A DNA stretch of 64,000 nt from an uncultured Oscillospiraceae bacterium (GCA_900544715.1 UQWL01000007.1:35043-99042); one strand, 5' to 3'. Positions 46,499-56,579 are shown, numbered from the stretch's first letter. The notes: a model not told the origin generated them from the sequence alone. Numbers and translations are program-made.

Positions 46499-47899
46499 AT
46501 GCTTAAGTTTTTCTTTATCCTTCTATATGTGCTAACGATCCTAAGCGTCATTTTTTTTGAAAGGAAACAGCCGAACGAGGCATTGATGTGGGTGCTGATC
46601 GTCAGCTGTGTGCCGTATGTAGGGCTCCTATTTTACTTGGCGTTCGGGAGCACGTCCGCCATCAAGACAACCCGCTATTTTCGCAGCAAGAGGCTGCAGG
46701 CGAACCTGCCGCCCTTGGAGAGCTGCGCTGAGCGGCATATTGATACCATGGGCGGAATTGATGCCGATGTGGCGCGCTTTAATTACCATTATAACGACGC
46801 GCCGCTGTGCGTCTATGATCAGGCTGCTTTTTATACAAGTGGGAAAAGTCATTATGAACAGCTGTTTGCCGATATCAGAAGTGCACGAGAAAGCGTTTAT
46901 CTGGAATTTTATACAATCCAAAACGACGGGGTTGGGCAGGCACTGCTCTCCCTTCTAACGCAAAAGCAGGAGCAGGGTGTGGAGGTGATCGTCCTGTGCG
47001 ACTTTATTGCCAACCTTTCCACGCCGGCATCCCTGTTCCGGCCGCTGAGGCAGGTGGGCGGAACGGTCAAACGGCTGAAGCCCTATCTCAGCCATTTTAG
47101 GAGCCATCGGAAGATTGTGACGATTGATCGTAAAATTGGCTATATCGGCGGTATGAATATCGGGAGCCAATATGCGAACGGTGCGAAGGTCAAAAATCCT
47201 TGGCGGGATACGCAGGTTCGCCTCACAGGGGATTGTGTGCACGCGCTGGAAAATGAGTTTCTTCTGGATTTGTCAACCGCCCTGAATGGGCGCGAATTTC
47301 AGCGAAAATATTCCAACCTTCGCCTGAGGGAGGTGAACCTGCCCGGGAATGAAAAAAAACTTTGCCAGTTTGTGACCGGCGGCGTAGATAATGATAAAGA
47401 GAGTGTCAAGATGTGCTATATGAGTATGATTCGCTCCGCACAGCGGCAAATTCGGATTCAAACGCCGTATTTTATCCCAGACTGCTCCATTCTCGATGCA
47501 TTGAAAACCGCAGCGGCCTCCGGTATTAAGGTTGAAATGATGATTCCATCCGTCAAAGCCAACTTTTTCCTGGATCCCATCACCAATTATTTTGCTGCGG
47601 AAATGATGGAATATGGGGCGCACGTTTATAAATACAACGGGTACATCCATGCCAAAACCATGGTGATAGACGATGAAATTTGCTGTGTCGGCTCCGTCAA
47701 TATGGATATGCGAAGCCTTTTGGTGGATGATGAGATCTGTGGAATCTTTTATGAAAATGGGCTGGTGCGGGAATACAATGCGATCTTTGAAGAGGATTTG
47801 ACGCATGCAAAGGAGTACTTACCGGAGGATTTTGCAAAGCGCAGCGCCTGGACGAAGCTCTCAGAGCGGATTTTTATGCTGTTTACGCCGCTGATGTAG
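46499..47899 (+). CDS. cls: Cardiolipin synthase (phospholipase D family).
   Basis: Two N-terminal TM segments and two HKD motifs (HRKIVTIDRKIGYIGGMN; HAKTMVIDDEICCVGSVN). Confidence 0.85.
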   Translation: MLKFFFILLYVLTILSVIFFERKQPNEALMWVLIVSCVPYVGLLFYLAFGSTSAIKTTRYFRSKRLQANLPPLESCAERHIDTMGGIDADVARFNYHYNDAPLCVYDQAAFYTSGKSHYEQLFADIRSARESVYLEFYTIQNDGVGQALLSLLTQKQEQGVEVIVLCDFIANLSTPASLFRPLRQVGGTVKRLKPYLSHFRSHRKIVTIDRKIGYIGGMNIGSQYANGAKVKNPWRDTQVRLTGDCVHALENEFLLDLSTALNGREFQRKYSNLRLREVNLPGNEKKLCQFVTGGVDNDKESVKMCYMSMIRSAQRQIRIQTPYFIPDCSILDALKTAAASGIKVEMMIPSVKANFFLDPITNYFAAEMMEYGAHVYKYNGYIHAKTMVIDDEICCVGSVNMDMRSLLVDDEICGIFYENGLVREYNAIFEEDLTHAKEYLPEDFAKRSAWTKLSERIFMLFTPLM

Positions 47900-47957
47900 C
47901 GGCTGGCCATGATATGAAAAAACCGTAGGATAACGCTTCTTACTTGGCATGAAAGAA

Positions 47958-47995
47958 GGGGGAGCGCCGCTGGTAGAATGCGGCGCTCCCCTTTT
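47958..47995. terminator. Bidirectional intrinsic terminator between cls and nadC.
   Basis: GGGGGAGCGCCGC-TGGTAGAAT-GCGGCGCTCCCC followed by TTTT. Confidence 0.65.
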
Positions 47996-48015
47996 ATCAG
48001 TTATTTACTTGGCGA

Positions 48016-48873
48016 TCAATCCAACTTGTTGCGCTCCTGGACGAGCTTCATGGAGATATCGAAGGCCTTGACGGAGTGCGTCAACGCGCCGATGGAAATG
48101 ATATCCACGCCGGTTTCTGCAACGGGACGCAGCGTTTCGAGCGTGATGCCGCCGGAGGCCTCGAGCAAGGCTTTTCCATCCGCCATCTGCACGGCCTCGC
48201 GCATCCGTTCAAGCGGCATATTGTCCAGCATAATGATCTCCGCACCCGCGCGCAGGGCTTCGGCCACCTCATCGAGATTGCGGGTTTCCACTTCGATTTT
48301 TACCATATGGCCGAGCTTCCCACGCAACAGGGTGATCGCGTTCGTGATGCCGCCGGCCGCATCAATGTGGTTATCCTTGAGCATCGCGCCGTCAGAGAGG
48401 TTGTAGCGGTGGTTTTTGCCGCCGCCGCAGACGACTGCATATTTTTGCAGGGAGCGAAGACCAGGCAGTGTTTTGCGGGTGTCGGTAATCGATGCGCGCG
48501 TGCCCTCTACAAGCCTCACGGCCTGCGCTGTGGCGGTGGCGATGCCGGACATGTGCTGGATGAGGTTGAGCGCGGTGCGCTCGCCCTTGAGCAGCATGGC
48601 AGTGCTGCCGCTGAGCTCTGCGATGATATCGCCCTTTTGGAGTGCGTCGCCATCCGCATGGAAGCACTGGGTGCGGAAGGATGGATCGAGCAGCTCAAAC
48701 ACGCGCAATGCGACCGGCAGGCCGCAGAGAACACCGTCCGCCTTGGCAAGGAAGCGGGCCTTGCCCGCCTGATCCGGCGGAATCAGATAGTCCGCCGAGG
48801 TGTCAATATAATTAATATCTTCACGGATCGCCTGGCGGATCAGGTCGTCGATATAAAACTGAGGGAGCATCAT
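48016..48873 (-). CDS. nadC: Nicotinate-nucleotide pyrophosphorylase (quinolinate phosphoribosyltransferase).
   Basis: QPRTase motifs (TRKTLPGLR, LDNM) and synteny with nadB and nadA. Confidence 0.85.
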   Translation of the reverse strand: MMLPQFYIDDLIRQAIREDINYIDTSADYLIPPDQAGKARFLAKADGVLCGLPVALRVFELLDPSFRTQCFHADGDALQKGDIIAELSGSTAMLLKGERTALNLIQHMSGIATATAQAVRLVEGTRASITDTRKTLPGLRSLQKYAVVCGGGKNHRYNLSDGAMLKDNHIDAAGGITNAITLLRGKLGHMVKIEVETRNLDEVAEALRAGAEIIMLDNMPLERMREAVQMADGKALLEASGGITLETLRPVAETGVDIISIGALTHSVKAFDISMKLVQERNKLD

Positions 48874-48929
48874 GAGGAACCCATCCTTTCTGTCACACAA
48901 AACAATCGGTCTGAACTAATTCCCGTTTT

Positions 48930-50399
48930 TTAACCTTCATCCACTTCACGCAGGATGATGGAGGCCACCGTGGCGAGGCTCAGCGCCTCGCAGTAATCGC
49001 GGGTGACGGCGAAATGGCCGCTTTTCAGGCGACGGCGGATTTCTTCCACCCGCCTGAGCCCGGTGTGGACAGCCGTTGGGTTGGGAATGACGAAATAGGC
49101 GCGCTGCATGATATCACGGATTTCCGTGCGAAGCCCGTGCGGCAGGGGGGCGCCATCGAATTGCGGCGGGTCAATCTGTGCGGGTGCCTCCACCTGCAGA
49201 TAGCCCTTCTCCATACAGCGCAAAATATCCTCCGCCGCGTGGCGGCCGAACACGAGCGCCTCCAGCAGGGAATTGCTGGCCAAGCGGTTGGCCCCATGTA
49301 CGCCGGTGTTGGAGCATTCTCCGGCGGCATACAGGCGCGGCACAGCCGTGCGCCCGGTAAGATCTACCGCGATGCCGCCCATAAGGTAATGCTGGCAGGG
49401 AAATACGGGGATTGGATCCTGCGCAATGTCTACTCCCTCCTCCAGGCAGCGCTTGGAGATGGCGGGGAAACGGTTATATAAAAAGTCGCGGTCCTTATAG
49501 GTGATGTCGAGGAAAAACTGGTTGCTGCCTGTGCGGCGTGATTCCAGGATGATCGCGCGGGAAACAACATCGCGCGGGGCGAGCTCCAGCCGGTCGTCAT
49601 AGTGGGACATAAAACGCTTTCGCTCGCAGTTGAGCAGATAAGCGCCCTCCCCACGAACCGCCTCACTGATAAGGAACTGCTCGCGCTCCTTTTCCGAATG
49701 GAAGGCTGTGGGGTGGAACTGGACGTAGCTTAAATTTTTGATCTGGGCGCCGAGCTCATATGCGAGGCGGATGCCGTCGCCCGTTGCAATGGCGGAATTG
49801 GTGGTGTAGCGGTAAACACGGCCGATGCCGCCTGTTGCCAGAATGCAGTAGCTGCAAAAAACGCTGCCCGGCTCCTCGCCGCACAGCAGATCCAGCCGGA
49901 AGCCGCCGCGCACCTGCGCCATCTCGCACACAGTGGTGTTTTCCACAAGCTCGATGTTTGGGCGCTGCCGCACCTGGGCCAAGAGCTTAATCACGATTTC
50001 ATAGCCGGTCTGATCCTTATGGTGCACGATCCGGCGGCGGGAATGGCCGCCCTCCAGCGTTTTTTGCGGGCGGCCATCCGGCGCCTTGTCGAAATCCACG
50101 CCGAGCTCCATAATCCGGCGCACGTCGTCCGGCCCTTCATGGACGAGCACGTCCACACTCGCAGGCGTGTTTTTATGGCCGCCTGCAATCATTGTATCCT
50201 CATAGTGCAGGTCAAAGCTGTCGTTCTCAAAATCGAGCACAGCCGCTACGCCCCCCTGGGCGAGGGAACTGTTTGAGAGCGTGTCCTCCCGCTTGGAAAG
50301 CATCAAAATCTGCTTGCTTTCATCAAACTGAAGCGCGGCGTAAAGCCCGGCGACACCGCAGCCAGCGATGATGACATCATATTTTTGTTTTTTCACCAT
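48930..50399 (-). CDS. nadB: L-aspartate oxidase.
   Basis: FAD-binding GCGVAGLYAAL and a succinate-dehydrogenase/fumarate-reductase-like flavoprotein fold. Confidence 0.9.
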   Translation of the reverse strand: MVKKQKYDVIIAGCGVAGLYAALQFDESKQILMLSKREDTLSNSSLAQGGVAAVLDFENDSFDLHYEDTMIAGGHKNTPASVDVLVHEGPDDVRRIMELGVDFDKAPDGRPQKTLEGGHSRRRIVHHKDQTGYEIVIKLLAQVRQRPNIELVENTTVCEMAQVRGGFRLDLLCGEEPGSVFCSYCILATGGIGRVYRYTTNSAIATGDGIRLAYELGAQIKNLSYVQFHPTAFHSEKEREQFLISEAVRGEGAYLLNCERKRFMSHYDDRLELAPRDVVSRAIILESRRTGSNQFFLDITYKDRDFLYNRFPAISKRCLEEGVDIAQDPIPVFPCQHYLMGGIAVDLTGRTAVPRLYAAGECSNTGVHGANRLASNSLLEALVFGRHAAEDILRCMEKGYLQVEAPAQIDPPQFDGAPLPHGLRTEIRDIMQRAYFVIPNPTAVHTGLRRVEEIRRRLKSGHFAVTRDYCEALSLATVASIILREVDEG

Positions 50400-50429
50400 T
50401 CTTTTGGCATCTCTTTTCCCACGCGGCGG

Positions 50430-51350
50430 TCAGCCGCCGTATTTGAGCATATTGTCGAGGCTGCGTTTCGCGGCCTTGCGTAAAGGTTCTTCCAGCACGA
50501 TTTCCTCCCCGCCTGCGCCGGTGACCGCCAGATAAACATCCTGTAGGGAGGTCATTTTCATATCCGGGCAGATGAGCTTATCTCCACGCAGCTGATAGAA
50601 ATGCCGCTTGGGGTATTTTTGAATCAAATCATTGTATACACCGCATTCCGTGCCGAAGATGATATCCTCCTGCCCGTTTTGCAGGGCATAGTCGATGATG
50701 GCACTGGTGGCGCCGACCATATCCGCATGCTGGAGGGCCTCCGGCGGGCATTCGGGGTGCATGGCGAGCTTGGCGCTCGGGTGCTGGGCCTTGGCACGCA
50801 GCACATCCTGCTGCGTAATGCTGTTATGTACCGGGCAGCAGCCGTCCCAGAGAATAATTTCTTTCTCCGGGCATTGTTTGCGCACCCACGCGCCCAGGTT
50901 TTGATCCGGAATAAAAAGGATTTTGCGCCCGGGCAGCGCATGGACGATCTTCACTGCGCTCGACGAGGTAACGCACACATCGCATTCCGCTTTGAGCGCG
51001 GCGGTCGTGTTGATATAAGCGACGACCGTAACCTCCGGGTTCTCCTCACGGAAGGCGCGCACGCGCGCAGGCGTGATCTGCTCCGCCATCGGGCAGGTTG
51101 CGCGTTTTTTCGGCAAAACCACTGTTTTTTCCGGGGATAAAATTTTAACGGTTTCCGCCATAAAGCGCACACCGCATAGAACCACGCGCTCATCCTGGTA
51201 GGCGGTGGCAGCCTTGGCGAGGGCGTAGCTGTCGCCGCACACATCGGCAGCCGCGAGAATTTCCGGCGCCTGATAGGTGTGCGCGAGAATCAGTGTGCCG
51301 CTTTTTTCTTTCTCGCGCGCCAAAAGACGCATCAGTTCTTCCTGCTTCAA
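50430..51350 (-). CDS. nadA: Quinolinate synthase.
   Basis: 306 aa, NadA family, in a nadA-nadB-nadC operon. Confidence 0.9.
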   Translation of the reverse strand: MKQEELMRLLAREKEKSGTLILAHTYQAPEILAAADVCGDSYALAKAATAYQDERVVLCGVRFMAETVKILSPEKTVVLPKKRATCPMAEQITPARVRAFREENPEVTVVAYINTTAALKAECDVCVTSSSAVKIVHALPGRKILFIPDQNLGAWVRKQCPEKEIILWDGCCPVHNSITQQDVLRAKAQHPSAKLAMHPECPPEALQHADMVGATSAIIDYALQNGQEDIIFGTECGVYNDLIQKYPKRHFYQLRGDKLICPDMKMTSLQDVYLAVTGAGGEEIVLEEPLRKAAKRSLDNMLKYGG

Positions 51351-51421
51351 AGAAGTCCCCCCATTTTACAAGGAAGCCGCGAGCGCCGCAGGCGGTTTCC
51401 CATCCGATATCGTTTCATTTT

Positions 51422-51451
51422 ATTGTACCACCATTTTCTCCCGCGTACAAT
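51422..51451. promoter_or_regulatory. Inverted repeat ATTGTAC-N16-GTACAAT in the nadA promoter region (candidate NiaR/NadR-type site).
   Basis: 7-bp perfect arms 70-100 nt upstream of the nadA start. Confidence 0.25.
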
Positions 51452-51490
51452 ATTTTTCAAACGTTATTGCATAAAAAAACAAAGTGGGAT

Positions 51491-52870
51491 ATGATACAAA
51501 TGACCGGCCTAACCGGCCGGAAAGATCAGGGAAAAGGGGCACAGGCGGTTTTCTCTTTTGCGCCGGAAAATACGGCGCTGCAAATACCACGGCGAGTGGG
51601 AAAGGATGCGGTCATTTTTATGGCTTATTTTGAAAATATAGAGCGCCCGGAGCGCGCATTGCTTGTCAGCGTGGATACGGGTGCGTTTGACGCGCAGGCA
51701 TCCATCGACGAGCTGGAGGAGCTCGCGCACACGGCGGGCGCGGAGGTGCTCGCAAAAATGGTGCAAAAGCGCGACACGCCGGATGCAGCTACTTTTATCG
51801 GCTCCGGCCGGATCGCGGAGATTAAAACTTTTTGTTGCGATAACGAAGTGGATCTGCTGATTTTTGACAGTGAACTGACGCCCTCCCAGCAGCGCAATAT
51901 TGAGAAGCTCACGGATGTGCGCGTGATTGACCGGACGATGCTGATCCTGGATATTTTTGCCGCGCGCGCCCGGTCGAGCGAGGGCAAGCTGCAAGTAGAG
52001 CTTGCACAGCTCAAATATGCTCTGCCGCGCTTGGGCGGCAAGGGCACGGAGCTCTCCCGCCTGGGCGGCGGCATCGGCACGCGCGGCCCGGGTGAAAGCA
52101 AGCTGGAAAGCGATCGCAGGCATATCCGGCGGCGGATCGGCGCGCTGGAAAATCAGCTCGAAATTATGGAGCGCAGGCGCGCCCGTCTGCGGGAGCGGCG
52201 CAATAAAAACGGGGTGGAAACGGTGGCAATCGTCGGCTACACCAACGCCGGGAAATCCACCCTGATGAATACGCTCACCCATGCGGGCGTGCTGGCGGAG
52301 GATAAGCTCTTTGCAACGCTCGACCCCACCGCCCGCGCCCTGACCCTGCCGGATGGGCGCACTGTTATGCTCATTGATACGGTCGGCCTGGTGCGCAGGC
52401 TGCCCCACCAGCTGGTAGAGGCCTTCAAATCCACATTGGAGGAGGCCGCGAGTGCTGATGTGATCCTCAATGTGTGCGACGCTTCCAGCCCGGAGTGTGC
52501 CGAGCATCTGGAAGTGACGGCGAAGCTGCTCGACGAGCTGGGATGCGCCGGGAAGCCGGTGGTTTCCGTAATGAATAAATGTGATTTGGCGGGCGACGTT
52601 TACAATCTGCCCTCCATCGGGCATACGGTGATGGTTTCGGCCCTGTATGGCAGGGGGATGGAGCAGCTGCTCGATGCGGTTGTAGCCGCCCTGCCAGCCT
52701 CCCGCCGCAGGGTGGAGCTCCTGCTGCCCTTTGATATGGGCGCTTTCGCCGCGCGGCTGCGCAGGGAGGGGGTCATCCATAGGGAAGAGTACCGGGAAAA
52801 CGGGCTTTATTTGGAGGCGACGGCGGACCTTGCACTGTTGGAGCAGGTGAAGCAATATATTCTCCCGTGA
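51491..52870 (+). CDS. hflX: GTPase HflX.
   Basis: HflX N-terminal domain, then G1 GYTNAGKST, G3 DTVG and G4 NKCD. Confidence 0.85.
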   Translation: MIQMTGLTGRKDQGKGAQAVFSFAPENTALQIPRRVGKDAVIFMAYFENIERPERALLVSVDTGAFDAQASIDELEELAHTAGAEVLAKMVQKRDTPDAATFIGSGRIAEIKTFCCDNEVDLLIFDSELTPSQQRNIEKLTDVRVIDRTMLILDIFAARARSSEGKLQVELAQLKYALPRLGGKGTELSRLGGGIGTRGPGESKLESDRRHIRRRIGALENQLEIMERRRARLRERRNKNGVETVAIVGYTNAGKSTLMNTLTHAGVLAEDKLFATLDPTARALTLPDGRTVMLIDTVGLVRRLPHQLVEAFKSTLEEAASADVILNVCDASSPECAEHLEVTAKLLDELGCAGKPVVSVMNKCDLAGDVYNLPSIGHTVMVSALYGRGMEQLLDAVVAALPASRRRVELLLPFDMGAFAARLRREGVIHREEYRENGLYLEATADLALLEQVKQYILP

Positions 52871-52926
52871 ATGGTTAAGGCCTACTGGATTAGGGCTGTC
52901 TGGCTTAGGAAGGAGAATGGAAGAGG

Positions 52927-53313
52927 ATGGATCTTTATAAAATCAATCCCAAAAGCATCTGGTATCATGGCCCCAATATGCGTTTTTCCCTCCTGCGGGT
53001 AGGGAGCACGGTCACGCTGGATCGAGCGCTGGCGGAAGCATTTTCGCACAAGCCGCCGTTGCTCTCCTGTGAGGAGGACGGCACGATTTTGCATAATGGC
53101 CGCAAAAGAGGATTTCTGTATATCATAGACGAACCGGTTGATGCGGCAAAAGACCTGATTGCGCATCCGCGCACAACGCTTGCGCCGGGTGCGGAGTTTC
53201 TGACGCGGCGGCCTTTGCACGTGCGCATGATCGCAGAGCTCGGAAGGCCGAACAGGGCGGCGCGCAAAAAGATGAAGCGCCGCTGGAAAGAGCGCGTGAA
53301 AAAGTGTGGCTGA
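52927..53313 (+). CDS. Hypothetical 128-aa protein with a strongly basic C-terminal tail.
   Basis: GGAAGGAG RBS. The C-terminus is RAARKKMKRRWKERVKK. I recognise no family. Confidence 0.45.
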   Translation: MDLYKINPKSIWYHGPNMRFSLLRVGSTVTLDRALAEAFSHKPPLLSCEEDGTILHNGRKRGFLYIIDEPVDAAKDLIAHPRTTLAPGAEFLTRRPLHVRMIAELGRPNRAARKKMKRRWKERVKKCG

Positions 53314-53360
53314 TAGGATTTAAGTGGAGCGGCCTGCAACCTCTCTGCGTATCTTTTATC

Positions 53361-53425
53361 AAAAAACCGCCCTGCGGGGAAGCGTCTGTCTGGACGCTCC
53401 CCGCAGGGCGGTTCTGATTTGGTTT
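53361..53425. terminator. Bidirectional intrinsic terminator.
   Basis: AAAAAACCGCCCTGCGGGGAAGCG...CGCTCCCCGCAGGGCGGTT followed by CTGATTTGGTTTATTTTT. Confidence 0.7.
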
Positions 53426-53437
53426 ATTTTTGCTCTA

Positions 53438-54943
53438 TTAAAATCCAAAGGGATTGAAATAGGTGTTGGTTGTGGGAGTTTCCGTTGCTTCGCTGGAGGA
53501 GGAAGAGCCCTTATCCTCCACGAGTTTTACCTTTACATCGAATTTGGAGGTTTTGTAGTTATTGTCAATCCGGCACAGTGTCAGGGTGAGCGTATCGCCA
53601 ACCTTGCTCTCTTCAATCAGCTCCAGGAGCGTGTTGGAGTTATCAAGGTTTTTGCCATTGACAGCGATAATCATATCGCCCGCTTTGGCGTTTGTGTTGG
53701 CAAGATCGCTGTCGGAGCCGATGCTCTTGATGACCAGCGTGCCGGCCGGAAGATCCGTAAGCTGGACGATCATGCGGTAGCTGGATTGCTGGCTGGCCGC
53801 GTAATAGGTGACGCCGAGCTTCGGCCTGCCGGGCACGTAGCCGTTTGCGATGAGCTTATCGACGATCTCCTTCGCGGAATTGATCGGGATGGCGAAGCCA
53901 ATGCCCTCATAGCCCTCCGCGATTTTGGAGGAATTGATGCCGATGACCTGGCCGTACATATTGACGAGCGCGCCGCCGGAGTTGCCAGGGTTGATTGCCG
54001 CGTCGTGCTGGATGCATTTCATCGGATACCCGATCTCACTGCTGATAGGGCGGTCGATCGCGGAGACAAAGCCGCCGGTGAGTGTGCCAAAAAACTCTGT
54101 GCCAAGCGGGTTGCCGATGGCGAAGACCTGCTGGCCCGCGGCAAGCTTGGAGGAATCCCCGAAGGTGGCGGCCTGAAGGCCGGAGGCCTTGATGCGCAGC
54201 ACGCCCACATCAGAGCGCTCATCGTATCCGACCACGTCGGCATCATAAGAGGTGCCGTCTTCCAGCTGCACAGTGGCTTTGACATTGTTGCCGCTGATCA
54301 CATGCGCGCAGGTGATAATATAGGTGTATTTGCCGGTTTTATCTTCCCCCATGATGATGCCCGTGCCTTCCCCGGATTCATTTTGGCCTTGGCCCATCAT
54401 GTTATTCTGGGTGGTTTCTGATACGATGACCCCTACGATCGAGGGCTTTACCTTTTTGGCGACCTCCTCAGCAGTCAATTCGCCTTTTTCGTTGGTAGAG
54501 GATTTGCTGTCGGGCGTTTCCTCGATGGCAAGGGTTGGGCCGTTCGGATTGGTGGCCTTGTTGCCGGAGTCGCCGTCATCGTCCCGCGTCAACCCGATAG
54601 CGATGCCGATGCCGGCGGCAACAAGCGCGATGCAGAGGATCACAATCAGCACAATCAGCCCGGTTTTCTTCTTCTTTTTCGGACCGTTGCCATCCTGTCC
54701 CCCACCGCCCGCAGGCGCCTGGTTGTATTGGTAGGGCGATTGATAGGGCTGCTGCCCCTGCTGGTTCTGAGAAGAGCCGCCCTGCTGATAGTAACCGCCC
54801 GCCCCGAAGGAACTCTGATAAGGGGGCTGCTGCGTATAGGGCGGCGTTTGATCCTCGTTGTTTTCTATGTGCATATCATGTGCGCTATCCGTCTGCTTTG
54901 CATCCGGCCCGGTGCCGTTATTCTTGTTATCCCATTCATCCAT
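53438..54943 (-). CDS. htrA: HtrA/DegP-family serine protease (S1C) with a C-terminal PDZ domain and a Q/Y/G-rich N-terminal extension.
   Basis: Catalytic GNSGGALVN. One TM segment. About 90 aa of low-complexity N-terminus (QQPPYQSSFGAGGYYQQGGSSQNQQGQQPYQSPYQYNQ). Confidence 0.85.
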   Translation of the reverse strand: MDEWDNKNNGTGPDAKQTDSAHDMHIENNEDQTPPYTQQPPYQSSFGAGGYYQQGGSSQNQQGQQPYQSPYQYNQAPAGGGGQDGNGPKKKKKTGLIVLIVILCIALVAAGIGIAIGLTRDDDGDSGNKATNPNGPTLAIEETPDSKSSTNEKGELTAEEVAKKVKPSIVGVIVSETTQNNMMGQGQNESGEGTGIIMGEDKTGKYTYIITCAHVISGNNVKATVQLEDGTSYDADVVGYDERSDVGVLRIKASGLQAATFGDSSKLAAGQQVFAIGNPLGTEFFGTLTGGFVSAIDRPISSEIGYPMKCIQHDAAINPGNSGGALVNMYGQVIGINSSKIAEGYEGIGFAIPINSAKEIVDKLIANGYVPGRPKLGVTYYAASQQSSYRMIVQLTDLPAGTLVIKSIGSDSDLANTNAKAGDMIIAVNGKNLDNSNTLLELIEESKVGDTLTLTLCRIDNNYKTSKFDVKVKLVEDKGSSSSSEATETPTTNTYFNPFGF

Positions 54944-55064
54944 TGTGAATGCCTCCTTGTTTGAGTGCTGCTTCCAGAATAAAAGGTTCCTTTCGCTATT
55001 GTGTCACGGCTGTATGAACAGTTTTTAAACATTATTGAAAATAATTTTGACTGATTAAAGTTCT

Positions 55065-56579
55065 CTAAAATAATTTCCCGTATTGCAGCGGCAGCCAAAA
55101 GACAAACTCGGTATACTTGCCTTCTTCACTTTTTGCGGTGATTTGCCCGCCGTGCATTTCAATGATGCTTTTTACAATATAGAGGCCGAGCCCCGCACCC
55201 TTGACATCGAAGCTGCGGGATTTATCCACCTTATAAAACCGCTCGAAGATCCGGTTGATTTCCTCCGAGGAAACACCCAGCCCGGTATTGCGGATGCGGA
55301 CGATGACCTTCTCCGAATCAGAGAGGACGGAGGCTGTAATCTGCCCGCCCTCTTGTGTAAATTTTACCGCGTTGTCGATCAAATTATACAATACCTGATG
55401 GATCATATCGGGATCAGCCTCAACGGTGACGCTTTTCATCTCCTCCAGGCCGGCAATTTCGATCTTTTTGCGCTCAATGCTCTGCTCAAAGAGCAGGAAC
55501 ACCTGAAACAGCTGTGCGGAGATGTCGAATTTGCTCGGCTGGAGCTTTAGCTCGCCCGCCTCGATTTTGGACATATTGAGCATTGTCATAACCAGGCGCG
55601 AAAGCCTTTTTACCTCGGCGGAAACAATCTCTAAATAGTGCTTTTGCTGATCGGGCGGGATGGTGCCGTCGAGCATGCCGTCGATAAAGCCGCCAATGGT
55701 GGTCATCGGCGTTTTCAATTCATGCGATACGTTCGCAACGAAGCTCCGGCGGGAGGATTCGAGCACCGCGAGCGCTTTGGCCATGGAGTTCAGGGCGCTG
55801 GCAAGCTCTGAGAGCTCCTCGCCGCTCCCATGCGAGTCAACCCGGTAGGAGAAATCCCCACGCGCATAGCGCTTTGTGGCTGCGCTCATCTCGCGCAGAG
55901 GGCGGATGAGGTTATAGGTGAGCACATAAACTGCCACAAATGCGAGCAGCAGCGCCATCAGCGCTGAAAAGAGGAACATTTTAAAGATATTCCATAGATA
56001 TGGCCCGAGCCCTGAGGAGGTGGGCTTGGTGGCAAACACCAAGGCAACCGGCTCGCCGTTTACGATGACCGGCTCGCCGATGATGAAATGGGAATCACTG
56101 TATACGCCCTCCAGGGTGCCCGCACGGATATATTCCTTTTGGATCGTTTTTTGCACAACCTCTTTGGGAAAATGCATCCCATCGTGGATGGGGCAGGAGC
56201 TTGCGTTCACTTCCTGCATCTCGGGCGTAAAGAGATCCTTGCACAGGATCACGGAGCCATCGAGGTTGCAAATGAACACATCCGCCTCAATGGCGGAGGA
56301 GACGAGCGTGAGTGTATTGCACAGGATTGCAACAGTGCCCTTTCCATCCCTGTCGAGCTGCCCCGCGCCGAGGAGATCGGCCGTTGTGGAGGCCACCTGC
56401 AGCGCATTCTCCTTGAGCAGGCTGGTTTTTTCACTGCGCCAGTAGTTGGAAACGAACAGCAGCAGGGAGCAGCCAAGCACGGCAAAGCAGATAAAGATCA
56501 CCATGGTGATGACCAGGAAATATTTCGCAAACAGATTCAGATGCTTTTTTTTAAACCGCTCTTTGAATCGTTCTTTCAA
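55065..56579 (-). CDS. Sensor histidine kinase with two TM segments around an extracytoplasmic loop, a HAMP domain, HisKA and HATPase_c.
   Basis: H-box SHELKTPMTTIGGF. N box and G boxes (YNLIDNAVKF, GLGLYIVKSII). Confidence 0.85.
   Translation of the reverse strand: MKERFKERFKKKHLNLFAKYFLVITMVIFICFAVLGCSLLLFVSNYWRSEKTSLLKENALQVASTTADLLGAGQLDRDGKGTVAILCNTLTLVSSAIEADVFICNLDGSVILCKDLFTPEMQEVNASSCPIHDGMHFPKEVVQKTIQKEYIRAGTLEGVYSDSHFIIGEPVIVNGEPVALVFATKPTSSGLGPYLWNIFKMFLFSALMALLLAFVAVYVLTYNLIRPLREMSAATKRYARGDFSYRVDSHGSGEELSELASALNSMAKALAVLESSRRSFVANVSHELKTPMTTIGGFIDGMLDGTIPPDQQKHYLEIVSAEVKRLSRLVMTMLNMSKIEAGELKLQPSKFDISAQLFQVFLLFEQSIERKKIEIAGLEEMKSVTVEADPDMIHQVLYNLIDNAVKFTQEGGQITASVLSDSEKVIVRIRNTGLGVSSEEINRIFERFYKVDKSRSFDVKGAGLGLYIVKSIIEMHGGQITAKSEEGKYTEFVFWLPLQYGKLF

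Noticed and set aside
51509-52855. 448-aa minus-strand ORF spanning hflX.
   Set aside because: It is antisense to HflX, which has clear G-motifs. Arg/Ala/Gln-rich composition typical of GC-rich antisense frames.
53324-54421. 365-aa plus-strand ORF overlapping htrA.
   Set aside because: It is antisense to the HtrA protease (catalytic GNSGG present in the minus-strand frame). No RBS.
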